A stretch of DNA of 64,000 bases from a virus, in the IMG/VR virus record IMGVR_UViG_3300047170_000049, positions 64,001-128,000 of that record. The stretch is one strand, 5' to 3'. The position numbers and the translations under genes are program-made. How positions within the stretch are numbered: position 1 is the first letter of the stretch; each line of letters begins with the position of its first letter. Below are positions 26,323 to 36,463 of the stretch, in pieces. The notes beneath the pieces are model-generated. The model saw nothing but the letters and a program-made list of their open reading frames with translations, made no database searches and was not told the origin of the DNA.

Positions 26323-28161
26323 TTAAATTCCCCAATGAAATCCCTGCTTTTTGGATGTTTGCGTAGGGTTTGCCCCACCAGATTCCTGGGTAACCGTCTT
26401 AATTTGAGTAGAAAGCCAGTTGTCCATTTGCTTTTGAACTTCTGCACGATACTCTTCAGGGGTTTGCTCTTTTTTCTCTTCATTGTTCTTAGGGATAATA
26501 ATTTGGTTACGGCTAATCCATACGTTTTGAGCTATGTAAGACAATGCGTCATGAGAGTCATCGTCTTCTTTTACGGGGGTATCTGTAAGCTTACCTGCCG
26601 TATCGTAACTAAAGTGATAACGCTCTAAGTTTTGAATTAAAGCCTCACACTCACCCTTAAGACCATAAAGTCTAGTGCCGCCCGTGGTGGGTGCAATTTT
26701 AGAACGGATGGCGGTAATACCGTTTTCAACGCGTTTGGTGAAGTCATCATATATTCTAACGACTTTAGACAACATCTTGTTAATACCAGGCTGTGCAGTA
26801 TCTGGGTACATGACAGAGAATTTATACTCATCGTGCATCCTACCCGCTAGTTCGACTACTTCTGGGGGTTCTAGGCCAGCTTGTTCATGAACTTTAAGAA
26901 TATAAACATTTCCAACGCCATCTTCATAGGCAATAACTATAGAGGTAGGGTGAGTTACGCCGTGGTCAATACCAGCATAGCGTCTAACGCCAGCTTTGAT
27001 GAACCTATCAATAAGGTCTTTTTTGGTAACCTCAAAGCCTGGGTCTTCACCAGTAAAAATCTCCCACATCTCACGAGGGGTCTTTTCAAAATTCTCTCGT
27101 TTAAATCTTGAGTAGACCGCACCTTCTGCCGATGGTGCCATTGACATTTTTTGTGACAAGAACCATTCGACCGTAGGGGCTGATTTGAATTCTTGTATTA
27201 CTGACTTAGTAGGACGAAGTGTTTTGCAAGTTGAGGTTTGCTTCTTAAGGTCACCACCACATACGGCAGAGAGTGGGCACTTCAAACAGCCTTCAAAGCC
27301 CTGCACCGTTTCAAACTTTGCTTGTTCATGCACGGGTAATAAATCGAACTGAGCGTCAACTAAGGTTATGTTTTCCGTAACGTTGACGTGCATGGTCACA
27401 GGAACCGTCCCAGATATTTCATCAGGGCAACGCTTAGTGTTTTCTAATACAGTCCAAAACTCAAATTGAATGCCGTTAGTTTTACGGTCTTCATATTCAG
27501 TTTCAATAATAGTGTACTTACCCTTACGAGATGAAATCCCAAAATTAATCCATGGCTTGCCATCTTGGGTGTAAATTGGAATACCGCTAACGTCTTGGTA
27601 AGCTACCATTTTATCTGGGCTTAAAGACGCTAACTCATCTAATGACACTACAGGTTGGTGAGGCCCTTGAACGGCCATAGGGGAGATGGAAAGAATTTCT
27701 ACTTCCACATCTTCCCCGTTCACCATGAACTTGGAATTTTTTTGGGTCGGCTCACCAGTCAAGTGTTCCTTGACATAAGGCTTATTAGCAAATTTCCTAA
27801 AATAGGAATATGCGCGATTCGCTTGTGGAATTGTACCGCCTAAGTGTACAACCCCGCGACCAAAGTGCAAAGGCAGTAGGATAGCTAATACGGCAGATGA
27901 TAAGGTCTTTTGGCTAGAACGGCCTGCAATGAAACGAATCGTTACAGGCTCATCACCTTTTTCATCAGCACAAAATTGATAAATCTTCCAAACCATATCG
28001 AGAGGATTGGAAGTGGCAAAACGAGACACCGTGCAGTCAGCTAAGTCTACATCAAGAAAATACTTCAACCAACGTTGAAGGCCGACCTTAGAAGTAATGC
28101 GCTCTAAGAGCATTATTCGGTCGCGGTTTTCTTTTTCAGTGTCTACTACAGGGATGGTCAT
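26323..28161 (-). CDS. terminase large subunit
   Basis: Variant Walker A AGRSSQKT; Walker B VSLDE; RNase H-like GIDHG..HPT and DDSHDALSY. Confidence 0.85.
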   Translation of the reverse strand: MTIPVVDTEKENRDRIMLLERITSKVGLQRWLKYFLDVDLADCTVSRFATSNPLDMVWKIYQFCADEKGDEPVTIRFIAGRSSQKTLSSAVLAILLPLHFGRGVVHLGGTIPQANRAYSYFRKFANKPYVKEHLTGEPTQKNSKFMVNGEDVEVEILSISPMAVQGPHQPVVSLDELASLSPDKMVAYQDVSGIPIYTQDGKPWINFGISSRKGKYTIIETEYEDRKTNGIQFEFWTVLENTKRCPDEISGTVPVTMHVNVTENITLVDAQFDLLPVHEQAKFETVQGFEGCLKCPLSAVCGGDLKKQTSTCKTLRPTKSVIQEFKSAPTVEWFLSQKMSMAPSAEGAVYSRFKRENFEKTPREMWEIFTGEDPGFEVTKKDLIDRFIKAGVRRYAGIDHGVTHPTSIVIAYEDGVGNVYILKVHEQAGLEPPEVVELAGRMHDEYKFSVMYPDTAQPGINKMLSKVVRIYDDFTKRVENGITAIRSKIAPTTGGTRLYGLKGECEALIQNLERYHFSYDTAGKLTDTPVKEDDDSHDALSYIAQNVWISRNQIIIPKNNEEKKEQTPEEYRAEVQKQMDNWLSTQIKTVTQESGGANPTQTSKKQGFHWGI

Positions 28162-28601
28162 TTTGCCTTTAAATCTTCCTTAAGTTGTTCATCAAGAACT
28201 TGGAGTACAACGCCTGGTTTTTCATCTCCAAAAATCTGTAAATGTGATTCGTGTACTGAGTGGACGGCTTCTGCAACTACTGATTGGACTCGCTCAACTT
28301 CTGACATACCAACGGGTTGTTGTGATTTAAAACCTGGATTGCCATTTTTAATTTCCAATTTTCCTTTAAATTCTGGACGAGGATTGGCTTTAACAATATC
28401 CAAAGGGTTGGTGTCATCTGAAGCAACTAAATTCCCACCTGTAGCTTCGATAACTGCAATAGCCATCTTAACTTCTTCCTCATCAACAACATCATGCAAG
28501 GTATTTAAAAGTTGGTTATGCGCAACAACCCTATCAAGTGAAGCTTCAGATTCTTTTTTGTACATCTCAGTGAGTTCTTCTGGTGTAGGCATCTTTGTCA
28601 T
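28158..28601 (-). CDS. hypothetical protein
   Basis: ATGA overlaps on both sides. Confidence 0.65.
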   Translation of the reverse strand: MTKMPTPEELTEMYKKESEASLDRVVAHNQLLNTLHDVVDEEEVKMAIAVIEATGGNLVASDDTNPLDIVKANPRPEFKGKLEIKNGNPGFKSQQPVGMSEVERVQSVVAEAVHSVHESHLQIFGDEKPGVVLQVLDEQLKEDLKAK

Positions 28602-29188
28602 TTTTTACCTTCCTTTTCATTTATCATTTGCTCTAAAAGAGCTTCTTTAACTTGTGGTGTTAATTCTTTCTTAAATTCAGGGTCTATCTTGAAAGTTGTA
28701 ACACTATGATTTTCCGTTTTAATTTCTTGCTTTGTAATCTTGTCTTTACCCGTAATCTTTTGGAGTAAGTCGATAGCGTCTTTATAGCTCTTAAGACTAT
28801 TAATTGAATTATCTGGCAGGTCTTCTTTCTTGCCAGTTTGTAGGTACTTAATCATTTGCTCATTGTGTTGCTTATGGGCCACAGAGATTAAATTGGTTAA
28901 GTGAACTATGGACTCCAGTTCTTGCTTGGCCATCTTCTGACCTACTTGTTCTTGCAAGCCCTTAGCGTATTCATCACGCTTACGGTGCCACTCAAACTTC
29001 TCAGCGGCAAACAATACATCACCTTCAGAAATACCTTTATTAAGACGGGCAATCTCAGCACATGAGTAATTCTCAAGGAACAGTTCATAAAACTGTGCAA
29101 CTAAGGCAGGCGACATGGGTCGAATGCCAATCTTCTTATACGATTCTAAAATTTCTAATTCGCGTGGGTTAAAATTTGGCATCGTCAA
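28598..29188 (-). CDS. putative terminase small subunit (N-terminal HTH)
   Basis: YELFLENYSCAEIARL...W...R HTH; upstream of the large subunit. Confidence 0.55.
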   Translation of the reverse strand: MTMPNFNPRELEILESYKKIGIRPMSPALVAQFYELFLENYSCAEIARLNKGISEGDVLFAAEKFEWHRKRDEYAKGLQEQVGQKMAKQELESIVHLTNLISVAHKQHNEQMIKYLQTGKKEDLPDNSINSLKSYKDAIDLLQKITGKDKITKQEIKTENHSVTTFKIDPEFKKELTPQVKEALLEQMINEKEGKK

Positions 29189-29561
29189 TATACACTTCGA
29201 TTTTAGTGTTCTCCCAAAGCAAATGCTTGGTCCAGAGTTTTAAGTTCTTAACTGCCGCTGCAGTTTCTTTATTGTACTTAAATGTAGTTTTGAGCTTACG
29301 AGGGTCGTACTTCTTACGCTTGATAAGAGCTTCGCCCTTCTTAGTGTAGTGGTGCTTAGTCTTAAGGCGGTAAATAACCACACGAGCTTCAGTATCGACT
29401 TCAAAGGAAGCTTCTAGTGTTAACGGAGTGCAGGCATATGTGTACGCTTCCATTTGGTGAATGTGGAAATCATGTAATACGCCAAACTTAGTTAGAAGTA
29501 GTTTTCCTAGCGTCCACTTTTGTTGAGCATTTGTGGTATTACTTGCTGCAGCTTGTTCCAT
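29169..29561 (-). CDS. hypothetical protein
   Basis: Tightly packed in operon. Confidence 0.65.
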   Translation of the reverse strand: MEQAAASNTTNAQQKWTLGKLLLTKFGVLHDFHIHQMEAYTYACTPLTLEASFEVDTEARVVIYRLKTKHHYTKKGEALIKRKKYDPRKLKTTFKYNKETAAAVKNLKLWTKHLLWENTKIEVYIDDAKF

Positions 29562-30514
29562 ACGCCTTCCTTTAATTCTTCATTGATGTCAGCTACTTCA
29601 AACACATATTTATGAAGCGCATCTGAAATGGAGTCTGACTTTTCTAAATCAATTTTTTTGCCTGAGACTTGTTTAATATTAGGAATTATCTTTGCTTTGC
29701 CGATAAGGTCTTGGTGACGGTCGATGAAGTTGTTGTAAAACTCTTGCGTCCCGCTTACGACGATACGAATATCATCTTTCAAAAAGTTTAACCCGTCTAA
29801 GTGAATAGCCGTGTCAGAATCAACCTCTAAAGTGCGGTACGTTTTAACAAAGGGGTCTGTGCAATACTTTTCAAAGGTTCTAGTTTCGGTATCAAGAATC
29901 CAGATGAATTTAGACTGGTTAGCTTCACCAGCGGTCACTGCGCGAGGCGTACCAATATATGTTACGCCGTCAATGACCTGGTGTGAATGGATATGTCCAG
30001 ACACAATGAAGGATTGTGGAATAAGCTTTTGGTCTAAACCATCTGGCGCGTAGAAGCCGTTTTCATATTTGGACCCATCAAATGTTTGATGGCAAAGTAG
30101 GATAGCATCTGCAGGAATGCCTTTGCATACTTCGATGAACTTTTCTTTATCTGCAATAAATGGTACGCCCCACACGCCGTCAAATAATTTCGTGGCCTTA
30201 ACTACAGGGGTGCAATACCCCTCAAGGGTAAGGGACACGGCATTTAACGAATCATTAGTGGGGCCGACCATATCGTGATTACCAACTAAAACGACTGGCA
30301 CATCTTGTTGTGTTCCAGCAATACGTTCTAAGTTATTTTTATAAAATGAAATGACTTCTTGCTGAAGGATACGATGCGTATGAAACAGGTCGCCCATTAA
30401 AATGGTGCCATCAACATCACCAGCATGTAACTCGGCTAAGTCGAAAATCTTTCCCAAGTCGATTAGATTGTTTGGCTGCCCATGGGGGTCGCCTATTAAA
30501 AGTAACTTGCTCAT
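29507..30514 (-). CDS. SbcD/Mre11-like nuclease (T4 gp47-like)
   Basis: GDPH, GDLFH, GNHD, CHQT, SGHIH, YIGTP. Confidence 0.85.
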   Translation of the reverse strand: MSKLLLIGDPHGQPNNLIDLGKIFDLAELHAGDVDGTILMGDLFHTHRILQQEVISFYKNNLERIAGTQQDVPVVLVGNHDMVGPTNDSLNAVSLTLEGYCTPVVKATKLFDGVWGVPFIADKEKFIEVCKGIPADAILLCHQTFDGSKYENGFYAPDGLDQKLIPQSFIVSGHIHSHQVIDGVTYIGTPRAVTAGEANQSKFIWILDTETRTFEKYCTDPFVKTYRTLEVDSDTAIHLDGLNFLKDDIRIVVSGTQEFYNNFIDRHQDLIGKAKIIPNIKQVSGKKIDLEKSDSISDALHKYVFEVADINEELKEGVWNKLQQVIPQMLNKSGR

Positions 30515-30792
30515 TTTCTATCCACTAATACGACAAACATCTCAGGGAGAATGATGCACTTTTGGCTATCGAATTCAAAAATGTTTTTAACTGCAGCATG
30601 TGAGCTTACGTCGGAAGCCCTAACGTACACGACATCGCCAGCATCGAATTGCTTAGACTTAGCTAATACTTTAGTACCGATAAGTGCATTAGAAATCTTA
30701 TCATCTTGAACCCAACCACGACTGGGAGTAGCTTTTTCTTTATTAAAAACGAGTGGTTCAACCATTACTTGGTCATTAACTGTTAGAAACAC
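30511..30792 (-). CDS. GroES-like co-chaperonin
   Basis: 93 aa; NDQVMVEP...GDVVYV...ILPE..VV pattern; GroEL present in the window. Confidence 0.55.
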   Translation of the reverse strand: MFLTVNDQVMVEPLVFNKEKATPSRGWVQDDKISNALIGTKVLAKSKQFDAGDVVYVRASDVSSHAAVKNIFEFDSQKCIILPEMFVVLVDRK

Positions 30793-31772
30793 GTCTTAAC
30801 TCCCTTAAGTTTTAAAACCTTCTGTTCGATGACATTAAGCTTGTCTAAGTTACTATATAGCACATTTAGTAGTTCATTCGACTCAGTATTTACATGGGGG
30901 TTGACGAATTCTGAGTTAGGGTCTGCAGTGTAATCCCCAAGTAACTCATCTGCATCTTCCGTATTAAGTGGCTGGTCTAAGCTAGAATACTTAGTGGCTT
31001 CTACCAGTTCATCGACTTCTTTTTCAGTTAATTCAAGAATTTCAGCTATTTCTTTATTTCTTAAGTCAGGCCGAGTTTGTTTAAGCTTACGAATCTTATA
31101 AAGCTTCTTTTGATTATGCAGGCCAATGGTGGCAGAGGAAGGTGAAAAAGAATTTGCTATCAAATTTGCTAGCATACGTCCAATGGCCATGGCGTGGAAG
31201 CTTGATGAGTTTTCATCTAATACATATTTATCTACGGCCAAAACTAATGCCTCATTTGAAAGCTGCAGTATGTCGCCAAACTCAGAGTACCCCTTATAGG
31301 ATGACTTAGTGAACACCTTGGCACGGTTAAGAGCAAGGTGGAGATACTTGTTGATGATTTCTTCACGGGCAACTTTAATCTTCTCGTATAGGGCATGGAG
31401 GCGCTTATGTGGCCTTGTAACGTTCTGCACGGCAAATAATACGAACTTGTAATTAATTGGAACAGCGTACATCAATTGAGGCTTACGTTTAGAAATTGCT
31501 TCGCCAACAGTCGCCGTAAAGGTATCCTCACGGCCACGAAAGTAAGCGCGAGCCATCTTGATACCACCTTTAGTGTGGTTAATCTTCTCTATGAACTTAT
31601 CATAAACACGTTTACCATCGGCGGTGGTCTTAAGCTTCTTTGAGAACGCTATCTCCAATCCATTGAGCTTAACGAACATAGCTTCAGTATCCGTATCTGG
31701 AAGCTTCTTCAATTCTGCATTAAGCTCTTTTATGTAAATATGCACGACGTTGCTAGAGTCTTTGTCTTCCAT
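30783..31772 (-). CDS. sigma70-family RNA polymerase sigma factor lacking region 4.2
   Basis: Region 2 REEIINKYLHLA...DILQ...LVLAVDKY; region 3 EIAEILEL...SLDQPL; ends after LNVIEQKVLKLK. Confidence 0.8.
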   Translation of the reverse strand: MEDKDSSNVVHIYIKELNAELKKLPDTDTEAMFVKLNGLEIAFSKKLKTTADGKRVYDKFIEKINHTKGGIKMARAYFRGREDTFTATVGEAISKRKPQLMYAVPINYKFVLFAVQNVTRPHKRLHALYEKIKVAREEIINKYLHLALNRAKVFTKSSYKGYSEFGDILQLSNEALVLAVDKYVLDENSSSFHAMAIGRMLANLIANSFSPSSATIGLHNQKKLYKIRKLKQTRPDLRNKEIAEILELTEKEVDELVEATKYSSLDQPLNTEDADELLGDYTADPNSEFVNPHVNTESNELLNVLYSNLDKLNVIEQKVLKLKGVKTCF

Positions 31773-33235
31773 TACGATAGCCTTTGTTGTTTCGTAGATG
31801 CGATTTCTAAAAATTGAACTTCGCCAACATCTTGGTAATACCCAATTCTAATATTGGCATGACGATAGAGTAGGGGCACATTGATAATACGGAAATCTAT
31901 AATCTTACAATCCTTCTTGCCTGATGCAGGGTCAAGACGGGTGGAACGGCCAATGGCACCTTGTTTGACCTTAGTGCCTGCCTTGTTAGCCTTCCACGAA
32001 ATCGTTAATTGCAGTGGTTTAAAATTAGTTCCAGTGGACACCGCTGAAGTCCCAACCACGCACATAATCTTACCTTCGTTAAAGTCCTTAACTATTTGGT
32101 GGATTTCTTTATCCCCACCATGGGCGAAAGTGTAGGGCACTTTCATATGTGGGCCTAAGAGTCTTTCTTGCTCATATTCGTCAATCAGTATTAACGTAGG
32201 CTTGCCATTGTTCACGGCTTGCGCTGCACACTGAGCCACCAAACGAATGACGGCGGGGTTCTTATAGAGATGCTCTTGGTTAGCTTTTAATACGTTAGTG
32301 CCAGTGTACTTACTGGGAGATTCAACGTCAAAAATTAAGGTCGAGAGTTTGGCTAGGTAGCCCTCTTTAATACCATCTTGAATTGTTTTTTCATAAACCT
32401 TCTTACCAATGATTCCTTCTAGTAGAAGGTCTGTGCCATCGTTACGCTCCTGGGTGGCAGAGAGAAACCAACGGTAAGGACAGTGACCAAGCAAGTCCAA
32501 TGAGAACTTAGCGAAAAGGTCAGCGCCTAGGGTGTGGGATTCGTCCGAAATGAATACTTGGTACTTTTTAAATTCTTCTATTAGGTCTTTATGCTCAACA
32601 TTTGCCAAAGACTTACCGATACAGATTAAGAAATGCTTGCCTACTTCTTTTTTGCCATCACCATATAAGCCAACGTATTTCTTGCCAAACGCTTTGAGGG
32701 TATCGTCGTAGATTTGACGGGCAATGGAAGCTGATGGGGTTACAATTACCGTGGGTAAACCCACTCGTTTTAGTAGGAGGGTTACAATGTAGCTCTTACC
32801 TAATCCCGTTGCCAGTTCAGCATGGGAATGAGGGTTGTTTACAAAGTGCTCTACAGTAACTTCTTGATAGTCATATGGGGTTAACGTGGGGGCAATGTTC
32901 CAAGGTAAATCTTTAAAATCAGGATATTCAACTTGGTTAGTGATTGATGTAGAAAATCTTTGACGTAAGTCATCAGCTACTCCAGATAGGGTGTAGAACC
33001 CTTTACCGTCCGTATGTAAAAGGGTTGACACCAATTGGTCTTCTAATTCTTTAATCTTCCTATTGACGTAATCCGTTCCATAGCGTTGCGCCAAATAGAA
33101 ATTTTTCTTTAGGTTCTTAATTTGATAAGCAATACTGGAATTCTTGTAAGATAAATACTTCTGTAGGCCCTTAAGCTCTGACTCATTTGGGTCGATAATT
33201 CTTAACTTAGTAGGCGATTCCAGTATGAATTGCAT
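31772..33235 (-). CDS. superfamily 2 DNA helicase (UvsW-like)
   Basis: ATGLGKS, DESH, SAT, GRSTR. Confidence 0.9.
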   Translation of the reverse strand: MQFILESPTKLRIIDPNESELKGLQKYLSYKNSSIAYQIKNLKKNFYLAQRYGTDYVNRKIKELEDQLVSTLLHTDGKGFYTLSGVADDLRQRFSTSITNQVEYPDFKDLPWNIAPTLTPYDYQEVTVEHFVNNPHSHAELATGLGKSYIVTLLLKRVGLPTVIVTPSASIARQIYDDTLKAFGKKYVGLYGDGKKEVGKHFLICIGKSLANVEHKDLIEEFKKYQVFISDESHTLGADLFAKFSLDLLGHCPYRWFLSATQERNDGTDLLLEGIIGKKVYEKTIQDGIKEGYLAKLSTLIFDVESPSKYTGTNVLKANQEHLYKNPAVIRLVAQCAAQAVNNGKPTLILIDEYEQERLLGPHMKVPYTFAHGGDKEIHQIVKDFNEGKIMCVVGTSAVSTGTNFKPLQLTISWKANKAGTKVKQGAIGRSTRLDPASGKKDCKIIDFRIINVPLLYRHANIRIGYYQDVGEVQFLEIASTKQQRLS

Positions 33236-33660
33236 TAGATAGTCTTCTCACGAACTTGACGGAGTTTAAGACGTAAGGGTGAGTTTTCATCAACCACTTG
33301 TTCTAATACCGTTTTAAGCTGGTCATAGTTCTGGGCTGCACCAGGAATGATAACTGAGGGCTTGCCGTCAATTAAGATAATGGTGCGTGGAATTGAGTCG
33401 ATACGAAACGCTGCCGTGAATGCAGGGTTCTTGTCGATGTCGAGCTTGTAGAATTTAATTTGAGTAAATTCTTTTTCAGCTTGCTCAACTAAGGGTGAGA
33501 ATGCCTTACAGGGTCCACACCATTCAGCGTAGGCATCAATAAAGATAATACCCTTTGAGCCAACCAACTTAGCTTTAACATCTGCTTCATTAAGTTGTTC
33601 TACTGCAAAGGCATTGACGCCCAGAAGTAGCATTGTTGCTAATACGAGTTTCTTAAACAT
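33235..33660 (-). CDS. thioredoxin with N-terminal signal peptide
   Basis: WCGPC active site; MFKKLVLATMLLLGVNAFA signal peptide. Confidence 0.85.
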   Translation of the reverse strand: MFKKLVLATMLLLGVNAFAVEQLNEADVKAKLVGSKGIIFIDAYAEWCGPCKAFSPLVEQAEKEFTQIKFYKLDIDKNPAFTAAFRIDSIPRTIILIDGKPSVIIPGAAQNYDQLKTVLEQVVDENSPLRLKLRQVREKTI

Positions 33661-34195
33661 TTTGTTCTCCTTTGGCTACTTGAGCCATCAATTCCTGAGC
33701 TTTTTCTAAGGAAGCTCCAGTAAAAATAGTTCCTACAATTGGTTGACGATAAAATATTAATGTTTCCGTCTTTTCTTTGTCATTCACCACACGCTTAATC
33801 CAGCTTGAATCTAATACGGCGAATTTTTTGTAGCCATTGTCATCGGATAGTTCCACGATGTGGGTAGGATTCATGAAATCCATTAATGCCTGAACAACAA
33901 GCTCTTCGATATATTCTTGAACCGTAGTGCCAAGTTTAGCTAGGTCAACATGCCGTGCATTGTACTCTACTTCTTTCTTATCTAAATGAATGGATTGTTG
34001 TCTCAAAATAGAACCTGCACGCTTGTAATACGAAATATCACTCAACTCATTATCAAACGATGCGGGGCTTGCGCTTATGTGCATATTATAATCGACGAAA
34101 GCGTCACTAGTTGGCTTAATTTCAAACTCAGGTAGCTCCGATACCACATCGACAGGTACGGGAAAGGTCGTAGAATCAATTACTTTTGCGCTCAT
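33653..34195 (-). CDS. hypothetical protein
   Basis: Tightly packed in operon. Confidence 0.65.
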   Translation of the reverse strand: MSAKVIDSTTFPVPVDVVSELPEFEIKPTSDAFVDYNMHISASPASFDNELSDISYYKRAGSILRQQSIHLDKKEVEYNARHVDLAKLGTTVQEYIEELVVQALMDFMNPTHIVELSDDNGYKKFAVLDSSWIKRVVNDKEKTETLIFYRQPIVGTIFTGASLEKAQELMAQVAKGEQNV

Positions 34196-34430
34196 TTGAC
34201 ATACTCACTTCTGTAGAAAAGGTTAAAGTTTTTAAAAAATAATCGGCTGCTTTATTACTCAATTCATGAATGTCTAAGTCAACAGCACTGAGGGCACGTT
34301 TCACGTCTTCTGGGAATTTATCTTGGAAAGCCATTGCTATGTTAGCTTGCCAAACCATTCTATATTCTGGGTCTGATAACATTGCTTTAGAGATGGTATC
34401 AATTGCTTCTGCTATCTTACTATCGTTCAT
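34176..34430 (-). CDS. hypothetical protein
   Basis: ATGA overlap. Confidence 0.65.
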   Translation of the reverse strand: MNDSKIAEAIDTISKAMLSDPEYRMVWQANIAMAFQDKFPEDVKRALSAVDLDIHELSNKAADYFLKTLTFSTEVSMSNERKSN

Positions 34431-34942
34431 TTAACTAATACCGCATGTTTTTTAAGAACAGTAATTGGAATGGCATAACCATCAGTCCAATAGCCTTCGT
34501 TAGGAATGGACTTGATTGGAGGGTTGTGCTTCTCAACATAAGCTTTAACCGTATTAATTAATACGGCATTTTCAAACATATAATAATTACCCGTAATAGC
34601 CGACATGAAAACATAAAGGTCAGTCTTAACTGGGTAAGAGTCGGCTTTCCAAGGCCCACCCCAAGTCTTTGTACGATTATTGCTATACACTTCTACAAAT
34701 AAATTTGGGGAAGTCTTATCTTCTTTGGAGTAAGACCCACCTTCGACGTATTTATAATCCTCACCTTTAACTTCAACAAGTTTTGTGCCGATACCAGGCA
34801 AAGTGATTTTAAAGTCGGGTCGTGAGTGCCAGTTTTCATCTAACTTATTTAAGTTAATCGCATTAGGGAATGCCGCCTGAAACATAGCTTCAGCGCGGTC
34901 ACCAACTTTTTGCTGTGCTTTAAAACCGTAAGTATCTACCAT
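34427..34942 (-). CDS. putative PD-(D/E)xK nuclease
   Basis: GDRAE...RPDF...LVEVKGE. Confidence 0.55.
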   Translation of the reverse strand: MVDTYGFKAQQKVGDRAEAMFQAAFPNAINLNKLDENWHSRPDFKITLPGIGTKLVEVKGEDYKYVEGGSYSKEDKTSPNLFVEVYSNNRTKTWGGPWKADSYPVKTDLYVFMSAITGNYYMFENAVLINTVKAYVEKHNPPIKSIPNEGYWTDGYAIPITVLKKHAVLVK

Positions 34943-35184
34943 GAGAAAGATTTAACTCTGTTAAGAAGTTGTGTGACTTGCTTTAGAGACCATGAATTAG
35001 TTGGAGTAGAGCCGCTATTTGCACACTCAGCTAAATTCTTAAAGTGGGCGATAACGAATTGACGGTATTTATACAAGTCATCACTGATGACGTTTATAAT
35101 ATCTTGCTTCCCATCTACTTCACGTTTGAGCCAATACACTTGGCTACGCAATTCTTTAAGTTGTTGGTCTTTATTTTTTTTCAT
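34936..35184 (-). CDS. hypothetical coiled-coil protein
   Basis: AGGAG RBS; promoter upstream. Confidence 0.65.
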   Translation of the reverse strand: MKKNKDQQLKELRSQVYWLKREVDGKQDIINVISDDLYKYRQFVIAHFKNLAECANSGSTPTNSWSLKQVTQLLNRVKSFSW

Positions 35185-35201
35185 GCCAATACTCCTAATG
35201 T

Positions 35202-35227
35202 CTATATATCACTTATTTCCCTAAAAT
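35202..35227 (-). promoter_or_regulatory. putative middle promoter (ATTT...AGTGATATA)
   Basis: ATTTTAGGGAAATAAGTGATATATAG; near-identical to 43129..43153. Confidence 0.55.
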
Positions 35228-35238
35228 GCGTAATTTAA

Positions 35239-36318
35239 TTAAGCACTTGCAAGAACTTTATTTTTTACAAGGAATTCAACTACTTGCTCAGATGTCATTG
35301 GTTGGATAGGGATGGACTTGATATTGTCTGCAGACCAATGAATCATATCGCCCTTACTGACTAAAAATGCGACAGGACCTTTAGTACCTGACACATATTT
35401 AGACACGGGAATAAACCCATGAGTTATCGCAAAGCCAAATTGACCATCAATTACGCAGGGATGGGTGTCGCCCATATTGGTGCAATCAATGGCGTGAACA
35501 GGTGGTGGAGATGAAGGTAGGTTAAATTGCTTAACAAATTCTTTGATGTTGATTTTATCATCAGGTTGTTCCATGAGGAAAGAACGTAATAAGGCTACAG
35601 AGCGTTCTGATAATTCAATACCGTTATCGAACTTAGCGTACATATCTTTTACACGACGAGTATTCTCTTCAGATAGCTTCATAGTTAGTAGGAGTTTAAA
35701 CACAGCCCTCAACTTCTCGGCCTCGGACTCTTTTGTATGTACGGATACTAGTTCCTGGTTTGCTGGTTTGCTAATTTTCTTATTTGTTGATTTGCTAGTT
35801 TGCTTATTAGCTGCGTCCGTCATACGGTCCGAGATAGGGTCCGCGATACGGTCCGAGCTTAAAAACTTATGGATTCTAGCTAGTTGCCCGTTCTTGTCAG
35901 AATCACCTAAAAGTTCGAGGATTGCGGCGTCTTTAACTTCCCAAACTATGACATTATGACCCTTCTTATTTTTGACAATTTCAAACTCTTGGAACAAACC
36001 CAATCGCACGCAATAACTTACAAACTCAGACCAGTCATCGTTCGCTAAACCAACACCTGGATTCCAATTCTTATCATCTTTAAGAGCTTGCCTGAATTGG
36101 TCACGGTGCAAAAGAAAGTAATGCGCACCTTGGTTTAGGATACAATTAGTAAGTGTGATAGCTCTTTTGACATTCAACGTGTCTTGGATGTGGTCTTGGT
36201 AGCCAGTTCTTAAAAACAGTTCTTTTGGAAGCTTTGGTCTTTCAGGAAGTAATAACGGGGATTGCAGTATTAGTAATTCTTGACGGGCGTTTTGGATTCG
36301 TTCTGATAAAAATGACAT
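35239..36318 (-). CDS. hypothetical protein, possible replication initiator with internal repeats
   Basis: AGGAG RBS; tandem DNA repeats in the mid-gene linker; located at the strand switch. Confidence 0.55.
   Translation of the reverse strand: MSFLSERIQNARQELLILQSPLLLPERPKLPKELFLRTGYQDHIQDTLNVKRAITLTNCILNQGAHYFLLHRDQFRQALKDDKNWNPGVGLANDDWSEFVSYCVRLGLFQEFEIVKNKKGHNVIVWEVKDAAILELLGDSDKNGQLARIHKFLSSDRIADPISDRMTDAANKQTSKSTNKKISKPANQELVSVHTKESEAEKLRAVFKLLLTMKLSEENTRRVKDMYAKFDNGIELSERSVALLRSFLMEQPDDKINIKEFVKQFNLPSSPPPVHAIDCTNMGDTHPCVIDGQFGFAITHGFIPVSKYVSGTKGPVAFLVSKGDMIHWSADNIKSIPIQPMTSEQVVEFLVKNKVLASA
35756..35856. repeat. 7 x 8-nt AT-rich repeats plus ~3.5 x 12-nt repeats (candidate origin)
   Basis: tggtttgc tggtttgc taattttc ttatttgt tgatttgc tagtttgc ttattagc; gtccgtcatacg gtccgagatagg gtccgcgatacg gtccga. 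Confidence 0.7.
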
Positions 36319-36463
36319 TCAACTAACTCCTTCTTGTGTATTACCAAATCCTATACCACAATTAAGTTAACTATTTTGATTATTTTTTTAAGTTTTGTAG
36401 ATAAAAGGTGATATAACAGAACTAGACGGTATCCCTTTTAAATTTACTTAGGAGTTATCTAGC

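Noticed and set aside
36361-36381. ATTAAG plus IHF-like sequence near the divergent promoter region
   Set aside because: Lacks ATTAAGAT and the 6-nt spacing, and the TAA-to-TTGAT gap is 5 rather than 4, so it is not counted as a late promoter
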